Under the pieces are notes generated by a model. It saw nothing but the letters and a program-made list of their open reading frames with translations, was not told where the DNA came from and searched no databases. The position numbers and the translations under genes were made by a program. Shown here in pieces: positions 49,042-61,099 of a stretch of DNA of 64,000 nt. Source of the DNA: Negativicutes bacterium (GTDB lineage: Bacteria; Bacillota; Negativicutes; UBA1444); the NCBI GenBank assembly GCA_963665275.2, contig CAXXIN010000007.1, positions 96,001 to 160,000 of the forward strand. Reading direction: 5' to 3'. The first letter of the stretch is position 1; each line of letters begins with the position of its first letter.

Positions 49042-50576
49042 GACCTGCCATCCTTCCGCAAAAGCTCCTCAGCTGCTGTTGGTCCAAATTCTCCAGCCGG
49101 ATACGAGTGTAGCGGAGATGATCCGCCCGGTTCCTGCCACGCCGCCATCACCGGCGCCAAAATCGACCAGGCAAGCTCCACTTCTTCCTTTTGCACGAAC
49201 AAAGTCTGATCACTGGCCATACAGTCGAGCAGCAAGCGTTCGTAAGCATCAGGGGAAGCCTCATGACAAACATCCCGGTAATCAAAGTCCATCGATAGGG
49301 CGCTGATGCAGTTTTTGGCGCCGGGCCGTTTGGCTTCCAGCGTCAGACCCATCCCCTCCGCCGGTTGAATCTTCAGGACCAGCGTGTTCGCCGTCAATTG
49401 CTCCGGTGTCATCGGACTGAACATCGAGTGCGGCACGCGTCGAAAAACGACGGCGATCTCGCTGACCCGCCGGTTCCAGCGCTTGCCTGAGCGAAGGTAA
49501 AACGGCACTCCTTCCCAGCGCCAATTGTCGATCATCACCTTCAGCGCGGCTGTCGTTTCCACCTGGGACTCAGGATTGACCCCCGCTTCCTGCGTATATC
49601 CCGGCACGCTCTTCTCGTCGATAATTCCTGCCGTATATTGACCCCGCACCGCAAAGTCATGCAGTGTTTCGCATGTAAACGGCCGAATTGCCCGCAACAG
49701 TTTCAGCTTCTCTTCCCGATAACGCTCGGCGCTAAATTCCGCCGGCGGTTCCATCGCCACCAGGGACAGCATCTGCAGCATATGATTCTGGAACATGTCG
49801 CGCAAAGTTCCGGCCTGTTCATAATACTGAGCCCGCGAACCGACCCCGTCCGACTCTCCGACGGTGATTTGCACATGATCAATAAATTGCCGGTTCCAGA
49901 CCGATTCGAAAACAATGTTGGCAAAGCGCAGCACCAAGATGTTTTGTACGGTTTCTTTGCCCAGATAATGGTCGATGCGATAGATCTGGGATTCCTGCCA
50001 GTACTCGGCAAGGGCGGCCGTGAGCACGGATGCGCTGGCGCTATCATGTCCGAACGGTTTTTCGATGACCAGATGGGGCCAATGACCTGGTCCTGGAATT
50101 TCACGAGCCAGTCCCATCTGTCCCAGGCTCCGGGTAATGGGCAAAATCAAATTGGGAGGCGTCGAAAGATAGAACATGCGCCGCCCACCCGTCCCCTGAC
50201 ATCTTTCCAGCTCTGCCAGACGCTCGGCAAGACGCTGATAAGTTGCGGCATCATCATAAGCAATTTCCAGATAAAACAGATGCCGGTTAAAAGCCGCGCT
50301 GGCGGCAGCCGCATCATTATCCGAACGATTCAGGAGATCCTCGATATTCTTGCGGTAGGAATCATCAGTCATTTGGGCCCGGGCGCAACCGAGCACAAAA
50401 AAATGTTCCGGCAGGAGACCCCGACGGAACAAATTAAACAAAGACGGTATTAACTTACGATGGGTCAGATCGCCGGACGCTCCGAATATAACGATAGCGC
50501 AGTCGTCGGCCTTGACTTCCAGACAGTATTCGGCCCGCGCCTCATCGAATTGCACAATCTCGCGGGAAGTTACCAT
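49026..50576 (-). CDS. zwf: Glucose-6-phosphate 1-dehydrogenase
   Basis: GASGDL, EKPFG, RIDHYLGKE, GVPFYLRSGK. Confidence 0.97.
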   Translation of the reverse strand: MVTSREIVQFDEARAEYCLEVKADDCAIVIFGASGDLTHRKLIPSLFNLFRRGLLPEHFFVLGCARAQMTDDSYRKNIEDLLNRSDNDAAAASAAFNRHLFYLEIAYDDAATYQRLAERLAELERCQGTGGRRMFYLSTPPNLILPITRSLGQMGLAREIPGPGHWPHLVIEKPFGHDSASASVLTAALAEYWQESQIYRIDHYLGKETVQNILVLRFANIVFESVWNRQFIDHVQITVGESDGVGSRAQYYEQAGTLRDMFQNHMLQMLSLVAMEPPAEFSAERYREEKLKLLRAIRPFTCETLHDFAVRGQYTAGIIDEKSVPGYTQEAGVNPESQVETTAALKVMIDNWRWEGVPFYLRSGKRWNRRVSEIAVVFRRVPHSMFSPMTPEQLTANTLVLKIQPAEGMGLTLEAKRPGAKNCISALSMDFDYRDVCHEASPDAYERLLLDCMASDQTLFVQKEEVELAWSILAPVMAAWQEPGGSSPLHSYPAGEFGPTAAEELLRKDGRSWRLL

Positions 50577-50669
50577 GAATACACCCCCTGCGCCTCACCA
50601 TCGGCTGCAATGGATAGTATTCCACGGGAACAGGCAAAAACCTGCAGCCATGATAATTCAGCAACGGGA

Positions 50670-51374
50670 TTATTCCCCTCGGCTCCGCTCGTTAACCCGA
50701 ACGGGAATGAGTACCGGTCGATTCTTCAGCCACCCACTTCCGAGCACGCCAGCCACTGCAGACGCCATGACCATCCACTGGATCGCAGGAGTCGGATCGA
50801 ACCAGGCCGCCACCAAGGGCTCGCCGACGATCATCTTGGCTGCAGTCCATGCGAGGATACCGGACCCGATATAGATGACCACCGGATATTTTTCCACACA
50901 GGTGATAAAGAAGGTACTTCCCCAGACGATGATCGGGACACTAATCAAAAGACCCATTACGACCAGAAGCATATTGCCGTGCGCAGCGCCGGCAATACCC
51001 AATACATTGTCGATCCCCATCACTGCATCCGCCACGACGATCGTACGAACCGCCGCTATCAAGCTGTCTTTCGCATCGATCTCATGTCGGTTTTTCTGAT
51101 CTTCCGCCAATAATTTATAGGCGATCCAGATCAGCAGAAACCCTCCGGCCAACAGCAGCCCAGGAATCTGCAACAGCCACACTACGCCGCCCGTAGCGGC
51201 CATTCTAACCAATACGGCGCCGCCCATACCGAGCAAAATGGTTTTGCGCCGTTGTTCGCGAGGAACGTTGCGTGCCGCCATGCCGATTACAATGGCGTTA
51301 TCTCCCGCCAGCACCAAATCGATCATGACCACCGCGAACAAACCCAACAGAAAATCGCCGGAAAACAGAAACAT
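50670..51374 (-). CDS. TerC family (YjbE-like) membrane protein
   Basis: DLVLAGDNAIVI, ADAVMGIDNVL; preceded by a yybP-ykoY riboswitch. Confidence 0.92.
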   Translation of the reverse strand: MFLFSGDFLLGLFAVVMIDLVLAGDNAIVIGMAARNVPREQRRKTILLGMGGAVLVRMAATGGVVWLLQIPGLLLAGGFLLIWIAYKLLAEDQKNRHEIDAKDSLIAAVRTIVVADAVMGIDNVLGIAGAAHGNMLLVVMGLLISVPIIVWGSTFFITCVEKYPVVIYIGSGILAWTAAKMIVGEPLVAAWFDPTPAIQWMVMASAVAGVLGSGWLKNRPVLIPVRVNERSRGE

Positions 51375-51454
51375 TGCTGATAACCCCTTTCTCACTTACA
51401 GTTCTCTTAGCAATAGTGTTCCCCGTCATAGCCGGTTCACCTATGGCTGCAAAC

Positions 51455-51568
51455 AAAAAGACCTCGTTCCGCTTGGAACAAGGTCTTGCCTACAACCATC
51501 AAGCTGCCAACAGAACCGGGGTTACCCCGTCTTGACGATTCTGTTGTCCCGGCTACTCCCCCTGTAGA
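51455..51568 (-). promoter_or_regulatory. yybP-ykoY (Mn2+) riboswitch with terminator
   Basis: Minus strand GGGGAGTAGC...CGTCAAGAC...GGCAAGACCTT followed by hairpin GACCTTGTTCC..GGAACGAGGTCTTTT. Confidence 0.88.
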
Positions 51569-51686
51569 GGGTATAGTCTTTATTCAGTTATAGTTTGATT
51601 CTAATTTAAAATTCTCAGCCTGTCAATAGAAAGCTGTTGTTCATAGAACTTTCACTGCCCCATCTCCGGTTGCACCACATAAGCAA

Positions 51687-52694
51687 TCAACCAAGGCTAT
51701 TCAACTTGATTGTCAGATAAATTACATATGCAGAAAAATAAACAAAACCTGTCTTCCTAGAAATTCTGCCAGAGAAGAAAATGGAAATAAAAAGCAAGAT
51801 TGAGGCGCCAATCATTACAAAAAGATCCAATACAATATCAGAAGTTACCTCAATCGGATGCAGTACCCCGCTCATTCCCAAAACAAACAGCACATTGTAT
51901 ATATTGCTTCCGATGATATTACCGACTGCGATTGCCGCTTCTTTTTTATGAACAGCAGCTAGGCATGTGCTGAGTTCCGGCAGTGATGTGCCGAAGGCTA
52001 CAATGGTCACTCCAATAAATGCTTCGCTCAAACCCAGGCTGTGAGCAATCTGGGTGGCACTGTTGACAGCAAGATTTGCTCCGGCAATGAGTCCTGCCAA
52101 GCCGAGAAAAAGGAAAAACAGTAGCTTGGGCATTGATTCATTATGTCCTTCGTGTTCAGACGGCTTTTCATACAGCAACTCTTCCTGCGTTTCAACATAA
52201 CTGAAGGCTTCAGGCGCGAACACCGTGACAGATTTTTCTTTTTTTGAATGGTTTTTAAAATTTATATAAAAATACCCAAAAAATAAAAATAGCCCTACTA
52301 AAAGTGCAACCGCTTCCATCCTTGATAATGTGTTATCAGTAAAAATCATAATAAACAAGCACACTTGAACAAAGATAGAAATCAATATTTCTTTTTTAAA
52401 CAGAACGGATTCCATTTTAAAGGGGAAAATCACTGCGGTAATACCGAGGATAACTGTAATATTTACTATGCTGCTCCCGACAACATCTCCCAACGTTATG
52501 ATATTATTTCCTTGGATTCCTGAGATGACTCCAATCGCTGCTTCCGGTGCGCTTGTTCCCATTGCGACAATAAAAATCCCAACGATGAATGAAGGAACAT
52601 TCAAAAAAACAGCTATCTTGGCGGCGGCATCAACAAAAGCATCTGCTCCTTTCACCAAAATGAGGAGTCCAATACCCAGCGTTAAATAAATCAT
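51687..52694 (-). CDS. Calcium/sodium antiporter (YrbG family)
   Basis: Two alpha repeats GTSAPE...GSS and GTSLPE...GNIIGSN. Confidence 0.92.
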   Translation of the reverse strand: MIYLTLGIGLLILVKGADAFVDAAAKIAVFLNVPSFIVGIFIVAMGTSAPEAAIGVISGIQGNNIITLGDVVGSSIVNITVILGITAVIFPFKMESVLFKKEILISIFVQVCLFIMIFTDNTLSRMEAVALLVGLFLFFGYFYINFKNHSKKEKSVTVFAPEAFSYVETQEELLYEKPSEHEGHNESMPKLLFFLFLGLAGLIAGANLAVNSATQIAHSLGLSEAFIGVTIVAFGTSLPELSTCLAAVHKKEAAIAVGNIIGSNIYNVLFVLGMSGVLHPIEVTSDIVLDLFVMIGASILLFISIFFSGRISRKTGFVYFSAYVIYLTIKLNSLG

Positions 52695-52845
52695 ATAAAT
52701 TTGCTCCTGTTCAGCAAAGGATATGTTATTTTTGCTGCCACAAATATCGAAAGGCCTCTCAAAAATCCGCCTTGCACGGTACCAAAAAGCTGGCGCGCGA
52801 TCCACCTCCAGCTTATAAGGACCTTCCCGCACAAGCCTGTTGCCG

Positions 52846-53754
52846 CTACTTGGCGACTATAACAGGCATCTGGGCCAAGGTGACCAGGTTTTTAGCCACG
52901 CTGCCCACAAGGAGTTCGTCCAACAGGCCTTTGCCCAGCGTTCCGGCGACAATGATATCAGCCTTTTCGTTCTCTGTGTAATGTACAATCGCTTCAGCAA
53001 TGTTCCCGCCAGTCAGTAGTATGGATTCAACTTCTACGCCCTTACTTGCGCCCATCGCCTTGGCGTCGTCCAAGATTTTTTTGTCGGCTTCATCCTGTTC
53101 AATCAAATAGGTTCCAATTTTTATTTCCGAACCAGGTTGCACTTTACTGTATATCATCGCAAGTTCCACGGGATCGAGCACCTTGGCAACCACGAGACAT
53201 GCGCCGGCTTTCTTGCCGATATCAATCGCCAGTTCCAACGCCTTTTTAGCATAGGCCGACCCATCATATGCGACGATAATTTTTTTCAAGGCCGCCGCTT
53301 CCCGTTGGTCTGTTACAACCATGACCGGCGTCTTCGCAAGAGCTACCAAACTGCTGGTTACACTTCCCACAATTATTTCTTCAAGCAACCCGTGCCCTTT
53401 TGTCCCGGCAACGATCATATCGAACCCGTTTTTCTCGGCATATTCCAACAGAGTGGCTGCCACTGGTCCTTTGAGAATTTTCGTTTTCACAGCAACATCG
53501 CATGTGTTCGTTTTAAAAAGTTTTGCCTCCTCCATCATTTGCTGATCTGCTTTTTCCATTTCATCAAACTGCTCGGCAATCCTTGTCGCAATATTATAAT
53601 CTCCGCTGGTATAATGTCGAACTATAGGCTCAAACACCTTGACTGCTTCAATTTCAGCGCCGGTAAAACATCCCAGCATGATTGCCCAATCTAGAGCCGC
53701 TTTACTATGAGACGATCCATCGTAAGCCACGAGATATTTAGGTGATTTTTCCAT
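52846..53754 (-). CDS. Tandem universal stress protein
   Basis: Two VAYDGS...IVAGTxG...GSV units. Confidence 0.93.
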   Translation of the reverse strand: MEKSPKYLVAYDGSSHSKAALDWAIMLGCFTGAEIEAVKVFEPIVRHYTSGDYNIATRIAEQFDEMEKADQQMMEEAKLFKTNTCDVAVKTKILKGPVAATLLEYAEKNGFDMIVAGTKGHGLLEEIIVGSVTSSLVALAKTPVMVVTDQREAAALKKIIVAYDGSAYAKKALELAIDIGKKAGACLVVAKVLDPVELAMIYSKVQPGSEIKIGTYLIEQDEADKKILDDAKAMGASKGVEVESILLTGGNIAEAIVHYTENEKADIIVAGTLGKGLLDELLVGSVAKNLVTLAQMPVIVAK

Positions 53755-53851
53755 AACCGTACACCCCTCCTAATAGTATAAGCTGCAATTGTTGGAGAAT
53801 TCTGTCTGACAGGCTTCTTCTTTTTATTTTGCTTTTCATAGACGAATGCGA

Positions 53852-54745
53852 TTACAGTTGCTCCCGTTGGGAAACAAGATGCTGCCACAGAGCCAGACTG
53901 ACAGGCATCTGTGTTTGTGTATCGCACAGTGCGTAAAAATGCCGTTTGATCTGCAGCCCTTGTACTGAAACCTGTACCAGAGTCCCTTCCACGAGTTCTC
54001 TTTCAACAGCCCGCCGAGAGACGAATCCGATTCCTGCGCCCGCCTGCACAGCCTTTTTCAACGCTTCGTTACCGCTGACCTGCAAAACAATATTGCAAAA
54101 CTCCCTTGAAACGCCGAGATCGTGCAAAGAGCGCCATACGGATCCCATGGAAGAAGAACTCTCGTGACGCACAACCAACGGATATTGGCAAAGTTCCTGC
54201 GGTAACCAGGGAAATCCGGCAAGATGCATCTGTGATGAAGCCACCGGAATGATTTCATCGGTCCACACGATCTGCACATCGGGAATTCCCGGCGGCAAAA
54301 AGCCAAGCACACAAATGGACACTCGGCCTTCCTGCCAGGATTGAAAGACCGACTGGCTATCACCTGAAATCAAATTTACGGATACCCCCGGATGTTCCTG
54401 CAGAAATACCGCCAGCAATGGTGGCAAAATATACTCTCCGGGGATGGTCCCTGCCCCGATCGTTACCTGACCGGCCACGCCCCGGCACAAGTCCTTTATT
54501 TTTCGTTCGGTGCGATCCAATAGGTCCTGTACCGTGCGGGTATTTTCGTATAAAGTCCTGCCGTATACCGTAAGTTCCGCGCCCCGGCGGGTACGCACGA
54601 ACAGGGGGCAGCCAAATTTTCGTTCCATGCCGTCGATATGAAACGAAACGGTAGGTTGGGTCAGAGACAGCTTTTTGGCAGCCGCCGAAAAACTTTTTTC
54701 CTCCGCTACTGCGATAAACACTGCCAAAGCCTGTAGATATGACAT
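53852..54745 (-). CDS. LysR family regulator (selenium/sulfur cluster associated)
   Basis: SFSAAAKKLSLTQPTVS, TIPGEYILP; divergent from the YedE-family gene. Confidence 0.9.
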   Translation of the reverse strand: MSYLQALAVFIAVAEEKSFSAAAKKLSLTQPTVSFHIDGMERKFGCPLFVRTRRGAELTVYGRTLYENTRTVQDLLDRTERKIKDLCRGVAGQVTIGAGTIPGEYILPPLLAVFLQEHPGVSVNLISGDSQSVFQSWQEGRVSICVLGFLPPGIPDVQIVWTDEIIPVASSQMHLAGFPWLPQELCQYPLVVRHESSSSMGSVWRSLHDLGVSREFCNIVLQVSGNEALKKAVQAGAGIGFVSRRAVERELVEGTLVQVSVQGLQIKRHFYALCDTQTQMPVSLALWQHLVSQREQL

Positions 54746-54873
54746 GGATATCCTCCAGTTCTGCTCCGGTTTCCTGGCAGCAGCTACTTTTCATTGTTAA
54801 TCTTTTCGCGGTTTCCGATTATTTTTCCTTTGTCGGCAGGATTTTACCATGATCGAATTTAATTATAATAAAG

Positions 54874-54888
54874 ATAGATTCTATCTAT
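54874..54888. promoter_or_regulatory. LysR binding box
   Basis: ATAG-N7-CTAT in the divergent intergenic region. Confidence 0.55.
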
Positions 54889-54922
54889 TGCTATTATAAT
54901 TTAGTGTAAGGAGTGGTTCATT

Positions 54923-55993
54923 TTGTCATGGGTTTGGATTTTGGTCGCCGGTCTCTCTTTCGGGTTAGGAGCCGTCCTGCTGGTACAGGCAGGAAACCCC
55001 GGTAATTACGGATTCTGCGCAGCCTGCCACTTGCGGGATATCGCAGGTTCGTTGGGAATCCACAAAGTAGCGACGCTGCAGTATGCCCGCCCGGAAATCT
55101 TCGGCTGGATCATCGGCGCTTTCGCCATGTCGAAAGTCAGCGGTGAATTTCGTCCCCGTGGCGGTTCGGCGCCTCTAATTCGTTTTTTTCTCGGCGCCCT
55201 GATGATGCTGGGCGCCCTGGTTTTCCTCGGTTGCCCGTTGCGCGCGCTGCTTCGCCTTGCTGGCGGTGACCTCAACGGCCTGACGGCCCTGGCAGGCTTT
55301 CTCGCCGGAATCGGCTCCGGCATCCTATTCCTGAAAAACGGGTTCAGTCTTGGCCGCGCCCGCACGATCGAAGGCACTGGCGCAATGGCCGGCTATTTGC
55401 TGGTCATCGCCGCCGTCCTCCTGACTGCCGCCGTGGCCGTCGGAGCAGGGTTCCTGTATTTCTCCAAACAAGGCCCAGGATCCCAGCATGCTCCGATCTT
55501 GATCAGCCTCGTGGCCGGTCTCGTCACCGGCGCTGTTGCCCTGAAGACCCGCATGTGTCTCAGTGGCGGGTTCCGGGACTTCTTCCTGGTCAAGGATACC
55601 TTTCTACTGAAAACTTACGGCCTGATTTTCCTCAGCGCCATGGCTGCCAACTTCTTCTTCGGAACGTTCAAACTCGGCTTCACCGGACAACCTCTGGCGC
55701 ACACAATGCACCTCTGGAACTTCCTCGGCCTCTATCTCGTTGGCGTCGCCGCCACACTGCTGGGAGGCTGCCCGTTGCGGCAGCTCATCATGGCGGCTGA
55801 CGGCAATACCGATGCGGGTGTCTGCGTACTCGGCATGCTGGCGGGCGCTGGAGTCGCCCATACGATCAATCTGGCCGGCAGTGGCGCAGGCGTTCCGGTA
55901 AACGGACAGATCGCCGTCGGTATCGGCATCGCTATTACGTTCACCATCGGCTGGCTCTTCCGTGAAAAGGTTCTGGTAGAAGCTACAGCCTAA
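54923..55993 (+). CDS. yedE: YedE/YeeE family sulfur/selenium transporter
   Basis: GNPGNYGFCAACHLRD, two GCPLR motifs, RMC. Confidence 0.88.
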   Translation: MSWVWILVAGLSFGLGAVLLVQAGNPGNYGFCAACHLRDIAGSLGIHKVATLQYARPEIFGWIIGAFAMSKVSGEFRPRGGSAPLIRFFLGALMMLGALVFLGCPLRALLRLAGGDLNGLTALAGFLAGIGSGILFLKNGFSLGRARTIEGTGAMAGYLLVIAAVLLTAAVAVGAGFLYFSKQGPGSQHAPILISLVAGLVTGAVALKTRMCLSGGFRDFFLVKDTFLLKTYGLIFLSAMAANFFFGTFKLGFTGQPLAHTMHLWNFLGLYLVGVAATLLGGCPLRQLIMAADGNTDAGVCVLGMLAGAGVAHTINLAGSGAGVPVNGQIAVGIGIAITFTIGWLFREKVLVEATA

Positions 55994-56023
55994 ACGAAAA
56001 TTAACGAGAAGGAGATTTCGCTG

Positions 56024-56233
56024 ATGAAAAAGAATTTAGATATGCGCGGTTATAGCTGTCCCATCCCGTTGCTCCGGACTCGTGACGCCCTGGTGAATTG
56101 TGATGACCTGACGGTCTTGATCGACGAACCGGCCGCCCGGGAAAACATCCTCAAGTTCGCGGCATCCCAGAACTACAAGGCTGAATGCGCAGGCGACAAA
56201 GGGGAATGGACGCTGCATATCGTGAAACCGTAA
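56024..56233 (+). CDS. TusA/YedF family sulfur carrier
   Basis: LDMRGYSCPIP. Confidence 0.9.
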   Translation: MKKNLDMRGYSCPIPLLRTRDALVNCDDLTVLIDEPAARENILKFAASQNYKAECAGDKGEWTLHIVKP

Positions 56234-56248
56234 AAGGGAGATTTCCAT

Positions 56249-56485
56249 TTGGCTGAAGAAATTCGGATCATCACCTTCCCTTCTGTCTGGCATGCGTTCC
56301 GGGCGGAAAAAATTCTCAAGGCAGCCGAGGTTCCCTGTACGCTCATACCGGTCCCGCGGGAACTGAGCAGTTCCTGTCAGGGCCTGGCCGCCAAACTGGA
56401 AGAATCTTGGTTGGACAGGGCGCTAGAGCTCTTGGACGCCCAGCAGGTTCTGATGGAAAAGCGCGGAGTCGCAATCAAAAGGTAA
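56249..56485 (+). CDS. DUF3343-like small protein
   Basis: TFPSVWHAFRAEKIL...IPVPRELSSSC; family typical of yedE/yedF clusters. Confidence 0.8.
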   Translation: MAEEIRIITFPSVWHAFRAEKILKAAEVPCTLIPVPRELSSSCQGLAAKLEESWLDRALELLDAQQVLMEKRGVAIKR

Positions 56486-56488
56486 ACA

Positions 56489-56532
56489 AAAAGAAGGCGA
56501 ATTCACCGGTTAACCGGGGATCGCCTTCTTTT
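56489..56532. terminator. Bidirectional intrinsic terminator
   Basis: AAAAGAAGGCGA...TCGCCTTCTTTT between convergent genes. Confidence 0.8.
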
Positions 56533-56566
56533 ATAATTTCAGCCCAAAATAACCGTGGGCAGCATC

Positions 56567-58047
<1,481 letters not shown>

Positions 58048-58107
58048 ATCGTTATGAAGTTTTATTGCTAAAATTCTATGCCAATCACAAGGTTTTGTCA
58101 ATGCAAA

Positions 58108-59319
58108 TTATTTGTGGTAAACGCTCGCCAGAACTGCCGTCAGTTTTTTGATCATGAGGTCGATATCTCCGGTTGTCACAATCAGTGGCGGCATCAGCCG
58201 AACCATGGAGGGCTGGGGCGAGTTGATCAATAGTCCGCTCTGCAAACATTGCGCCACGACTTCACTGCCGTTCTCCTCCGGCAGGTCGAACGCGATCAGC
58301 AGGCCCATGCCACGAATGTTGGCGAGACCGAACCGGGAAGCAATACCTTGCAATTGATGCTGAAGATATTCTCCTTGCTTGGCCGCATTCGCCGACAAAT
58401 CCTTGGACAGTATCTCATTGACCACTGCATACCCAACTTCCATGCCGAGAGGTTGGCCGGAATAGGTGCCCCCCTGATCCCCGGCTGCAAAAATATTGAA
58501 TTTTTCCTTGACCAAGAGTGCCGACAATGGGAACCCGCCGCCAATTCCCTTGGCCAAGGTCATGACATCCGGTTCGATACCGTACTGCTCATAGGCGAAT
58601 AATTTGCCGGTACGGCCGAGTCCGGTCTGAACTTCATCGGCGATCAGTAGAATGTCCGATTCGTCGCAGATGGCGCGCAGCGCCTTCATATAAGCGGGAT
58701 CTGCTGCAAATACGCCCCCTTCTCCCTGAACCGGTTCCAGCATGATCGCACAGGTTTTGTCGGTAATAGCTGCCTTCAGAGCGGCGAGATCATTCAGGGG
58801 AACGTGGATAAAGCCGGGAACCTTGGGTTCGAATAAATCAGCCCATTTTGCCTTGCCAGTGGCCGACATGGTCGCAAGGGTGCGGCCGTGAAAGCTGTTG
58901 ACCATGGTGATGATTTCATAAGCGCCCTGTTTATGGAGCGAACCATATTTCCTGGCCAATTTGATGGCGCCCTCATTGACCTCCGCACCGCTGCTGCCAA
59001 AGAAGATTCGGTCAAAACAAGAGTGGTCGGTCAGCAGTTTGGCAAACTTCAACTGGGAAACGTTATAAAATGCGGGACTGGCATTGACGAGGCGGCGGCT
59101 CTGGCGTTCGAGCGCTTCGGCTATGACAGCCGGACTGTGCCCGAGCGAAACTACGGCCCAGCCCCCCACAAAATCCAGATATTCTTTTCCATCTGTATCC
59201 CATAAATACATACCTTCCCCACGGTCCATGATCAATTCGGGGCGGGATGTTGTGAACAGGATGGATTTTTTCGCTTCTTCCATTTGCTCAGCCGACAATT
59301 CCTGATTAGGGTTGTACAT
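58108..59319 (-). CDS. argD: Acetylornithine aminotransferase
   Basis: SGAEVNEGAIK, SFHGRT, EPVQGEGG, DEVQTG, LAKGIGGG; ARG-box-like TGAATATATATTAA upstream. Confidence 0.9.
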   Translation of the reverse strand: MYNPNQELSAEQMEEAKKSILFTTSRPELIMDRGEGMYLWDTDGKEYLDFVGGWAVVSLGHSPAVIAEALERQSRRLVNASPAFYNVSQLKFAKLLTDHSCFDRIFFGSSGAEVNEGAIKLARKYGSLHKQGAYEIITMVNSFHGRTLATMSATGKAKWADLFEPKVPGFIHVPLNDLAALKAAITDKTCAIMLEPVQGEGGVFAADPAYMKALRAICDESDILLIADEVQTGLGRTGKLFAYEQYGIEPDVMTLAKGIGGGFPLSALLVKEKFNIFAAGDQGGTYSGQPLGMEVGYAVVNEILSKDLSANAAKQGEYLQHQLQGIASRFGLANIRGMGLLIAFDLPEENGSEVVAQCLQSGLLINSPQPSMVRLMPPLIVTTGDIDLMIKKLTAVLASVYHK

Positions 59320-59397
59320 GATATCACTCCTTACCTTCAATCGATACATTTATTTTACAAACTTTATTTTAAATATGCAACAATAATTAATATATAT

Positions 59398-60429
59398 TCA
59401 TTTTATCCTGTCCAGAATGAACTGCGGCGTGATGCCACGGACGAATCGTTGGATTGCCTCATATTTATTGTGATACACCCAGCCGAGATACACTACCGCC
59501 AACCCCAGGACAGTGAGCCAGAACGGGAATGCGATAGAGTTTTTAAACACATCCCATGACAGGTATCCGAGGTAGCCGAAAAAGCCGATACCGCCAAAAA
59601 CCAAAAACACCTTGCGATTGAGCAGTACCCCGCAGAACATCATGAATACATTGATCAGGCAATAAATGAACTTCGACAGTTCGGAATCCGAACGCAACAG
59701 CGATAAGCCGCCCCAAAACGTGATCGCGCCGAAAATGTAGAGCCACTTCGCATAATCCACCTGTTGCCGACGTTCTACCACGGTAGCCGTCGCAAGCATA
59801 ATCAGACCGAAAACAAGGGAAACCTGTTTTCGCATATTCCAATTGTAATCCGGTCCCATCAGAAGCGGCGCAATGTCCATCGACATGAACCAGAGCGTGA
59901 ATGCAATCGGCGCCATCGCAAAAGGAATCCGGCTAAAGCGCAGAGACAGCACCCCAGCCACGATGGTGGCGATTTCTATCGAAAACCATCCACCCCGGAT
60001 ATATCGGTAGAAGCTGCGATAAGATCCGGGATCTTCATAAGGCCAGAGGTTCAGCCCGGCCTGAAGGCCAAAAACGCCAAGCGGAGTCATGCACACAGCC
60101 ATCACTACGAAAAGGCCACTGAGCACTGTCGATTTTTGGCGAAAATAGCGGGCCAGCCAACAAAAAACCGCTGCATACCCTGCCGCAATCGCGAACAGAC
60201 CGAACCCCCGGAACTGTTCCCACGCGGTGTTCATCAGCCAACTCATAGCGCCAATGACGATCAGCGCCCCAAGATAATAGAGAAACTTGCTCATCGGCGC
60301 ACTACGTTCCTCCAGAACTGGCTCAATGGGTGATTCTTCCTGCCACAGCCGCTGCAAGAGGTCTGCCTGCGCCTGCGTGATAATGCCTTCCTCAACGCCT
60401 TGTTGCAATTTATGCTGATATATATCCAC
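59398..60429 (-). CDS. DUF2157-like membrane protein
   Basis: GIITQAQAD, LYYLGAL, multiple TM segments; start uncertain. Confidence 0.7.
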   Translation of the reverse strand: MDIYQHKLQQGVEEGIITQAQADLLQRLWQEESPIEPVLEERSAPMSKFLYYLGALIVIGAMSWLMNTAWEQFRGFGLFAIAAGYAAVFCWLARYFRQKSTVLSGLFVVMAVCMTPLGVFGLQAGLNLWPYEDPGSYRSFYRYIRGGWFSIEIATIVAGVLSLRFSRIPFAMAPIAFTLWFMSMDIAPLLMGPDYNWNMRKQVSLVFGLIMLATATVVERRQQVDYAKWLYIFGAITFWGGLSLLRSDSELSKFIYCLINVFMMFCGVLLNRKVFLVFGGIGFFGYLGYLSWDVFKNSIAFPFWLTVLGLAVVYLGWVYHNKYEAIQRFVRGITPQFILDRIK

Positions 60430-60481
60430 TCTTCCACCTGCCAATTTTTAGAATATTTCGCACCAAACCACTGGCTATATT

Positions 60482-61099
60482 TTAACCCGGCAATACATAA
60501 AAATATACAGTGACAAAATGCGCCAGGCTCCCGGCCAAAACGAACAAATGCCAAATCGCATGATTGAACGGTACCTTGCCGCTCAGAAAGAACACTGTAC
60601 CGGCACTGTACAGTACGCCCCCCGATACCAACCAGATCAGGCCCGGTGTCGACAATGCCGCCAGTAAGGGTTTCGCCAGGAAAACAATCATCCATCCCAT
60701 CAACAGATACCCAACCGTCGACAGGATTTTAAAACGTTGCGCAAACACCGTCTGAAAAATGATGCCAGCTACCGCCAGTCCCCAGATCACACCAAACATA
60801 ATCCAGCCGAAAGTGCCGCGAAGCAAAATCAGCAGGAAGGGTGTATACGTTCCGGCAATCAATACATAAATCGCCGCATGGTCGATGATCTGAAACACCT
60901 GTTTTACCTTGCGGCCCGTAAAACTGTGATAGAGTGTCGACGCCAGATACAGCAACACCAATGACCCACCATATATTACCGCGCTGGTTACGCACCAAAT
61001 ATCATTACGAACTTGGACCGAAGCCAGCAAAGCCATCAAACCGATCAGCGCCAAGCCGGTTCCCACTCCATGGGTTACTGCATTTATTTTCTCTTCCAT
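60482..61099 (-). CDS. Hemolysin III / PAQR family membrane protein
   Basis: EKINAVTHG, STLYH, DHAAIYVLIAGTYTP, HAIWHLFV. Confidence 0.93.
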   Translation of the reverse strand: MEEKINAVTHGVGTGLALIGLMALLASVQVRNDIWCVTSAVIYGGSLVLLYLASTLYHSFTGRKVKQVFQIIDHAAIYVLIAGTYTPFLLILLRGTFGWIMFGVIWGLAVAGIIFQTVFAQRFKILSTVGYLLMGWMIVFLAKPLLAALSTPGLIWLVSGGVLYSAGTVFFLSGKVPFNHAIWHLFVLAGSLAHFVTVYFYVLPG

